Source: Sphyrna mokarran
Taxonomy: Eukaryota
DNA: 64,000 nt
Assembly (NCBI GenBank): GCA_024679065.1
Contig: JAGIQG010000008.1
Span: 76,322,001 to 76,386,000, forward strand
Direction: 5' to 3'
The notes under the pieces were generated by a model. It did not search any database and had not been told where the DNA came from. It worked only from the letters and a program-made list of their open reading frames with translations. A program made the translations under genes and the position numbers. Below are positions 63,200 through 64,000 of this stretch, piece by piece (position 1 is the stretch's first letter; the number at the start of each line of letters is the position of its first letter).

Positions 63200-64000
63200 C
63201 AAAAGAAAGCCTTGCATTTATATAGTGCTTTTCACAACTGCCAATGATCTCAAGCTGCTCTGCAGCCAATGAAGTGCTGTTTGAAGGGCTGTCACTGTTG
63301 TAAGGCAGAAAACATAACAGCCAATTTTACACATAGCAAACTCCCACAAGCCACGATGTGATAATGACTAAATAATCTATTTTTGTGATGTTAATTGAGG
63401 GATAAATATTGTCCGGGATGCCAGGGAAAACTCCCTTTCATTCCTTCAAAATAGTGCCACAGGATCTTTTACATCTAGCCGAGCAGGCAAATGCATCTCA
63501 GTTTCCTTTCCAAAAAAGTGGCATGGGTAACAATGCAGCCACCTCTCAGTACATCATGGGCTATAAAGCACCTAAAAGTGCCTGGTCATTATGAAAAAGC
63601 AATATAGAAATGTAAGTCTTTTTCCTTTGCTCATGTGCTCCCTGGGTGGCAAATGGGAAACAAAGACTCAAATTCCTCATCACTGTCACTACAAAGGAAT
63701 TCAGTAAAGTTTTACAACACCAATTTTGAATCCAACCAATTTATTTGATAGTAAATTTGCGAGCTTTAGCAAATGCTATGGCATTTGCCTGACAAAGGCC
63801 ATAGAGTCAAAAGCTTGCAAATTTACTATCAAATAAATTGGTTGGATTCAAAATTGGTGTTGTAAAACTTCACTGAGTTTACCCCAGTCCAACGCCGGCA
63901 TCTCTACATCATGACTACAAATAATGTTAGCCTTGCTTTTGTGCTAAAGTCTTGGGAGAAAACTTCAACCCAGATTTCTTTGACACTGAGGCAGGACTGC
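63200..64000 (-). mobile_element. Deu-domain SINE (SacSINE1-like), interrupted
   Basis: 'gcatttatatagtgcttttcac...gatgttaattgagggataaatattgtccggga...atagtgccacaggatcttttacatc' (63200-63560) resumes at 63922 with 'gttagcc...gtgctaaagtc...aacttcaaccc'. Confidence 0.75.
63701..63918 (+). mobile_element. Fold-back Penelope family A short element
   Basis: 67-bp inverted arms with 2 mismatches (63701-63767 / 63810-63876), decayed hammerhead ctgacaaaggccatagagtcaaaagct, same tail as 2081-2119. Confidence 0.88.

Overview
Eukaryotic, repeat-saturated, gene-poor DNA, probably intronic or intergenic. The repeat complement (HE1/V-type SINEs, Deu-domain SINEs, CR1 LINEs with SGNH-esterase ORF1, Penelope elements) points to a cartilaginous fish (shark/ray); this is an inference. 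I could not identify a host protein-coding exon, and nearly all short ORFs in the track are TE debris or chance. The window holds many CR1 fragments, one of them young with an intact ~380-codon RT frame (28366-29605). It also has L2 and Rex1 fragments, a decayed near-full-length Penelope element (42410-46209), Gypsy gag/pol/LTR relics, several Harbinger transposase and Myb/SANT relics, and many SINEs. Most interesting: (1) a ~400-bp element with a U1 snRNA head, a U2 snRNA 5' fragment, a unique body, poly(A) and a probable TSD (3019-3417), resembling an snRNA-headed SINE; (2) tiny fold-back Penelope derivatives whose arms carry mirrored copy-specific variants and which turn near the hammerhead ribozyme motif; (3) two copies of a V-SINE variant with a ~165-nt novel 5' leader and a decayed tRNA head; (4) a local templated duplication and an isolated 30-bp-arm palindrome. 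All family assignments come from motif recognition by eye, and boundaries of old elements are approximate.
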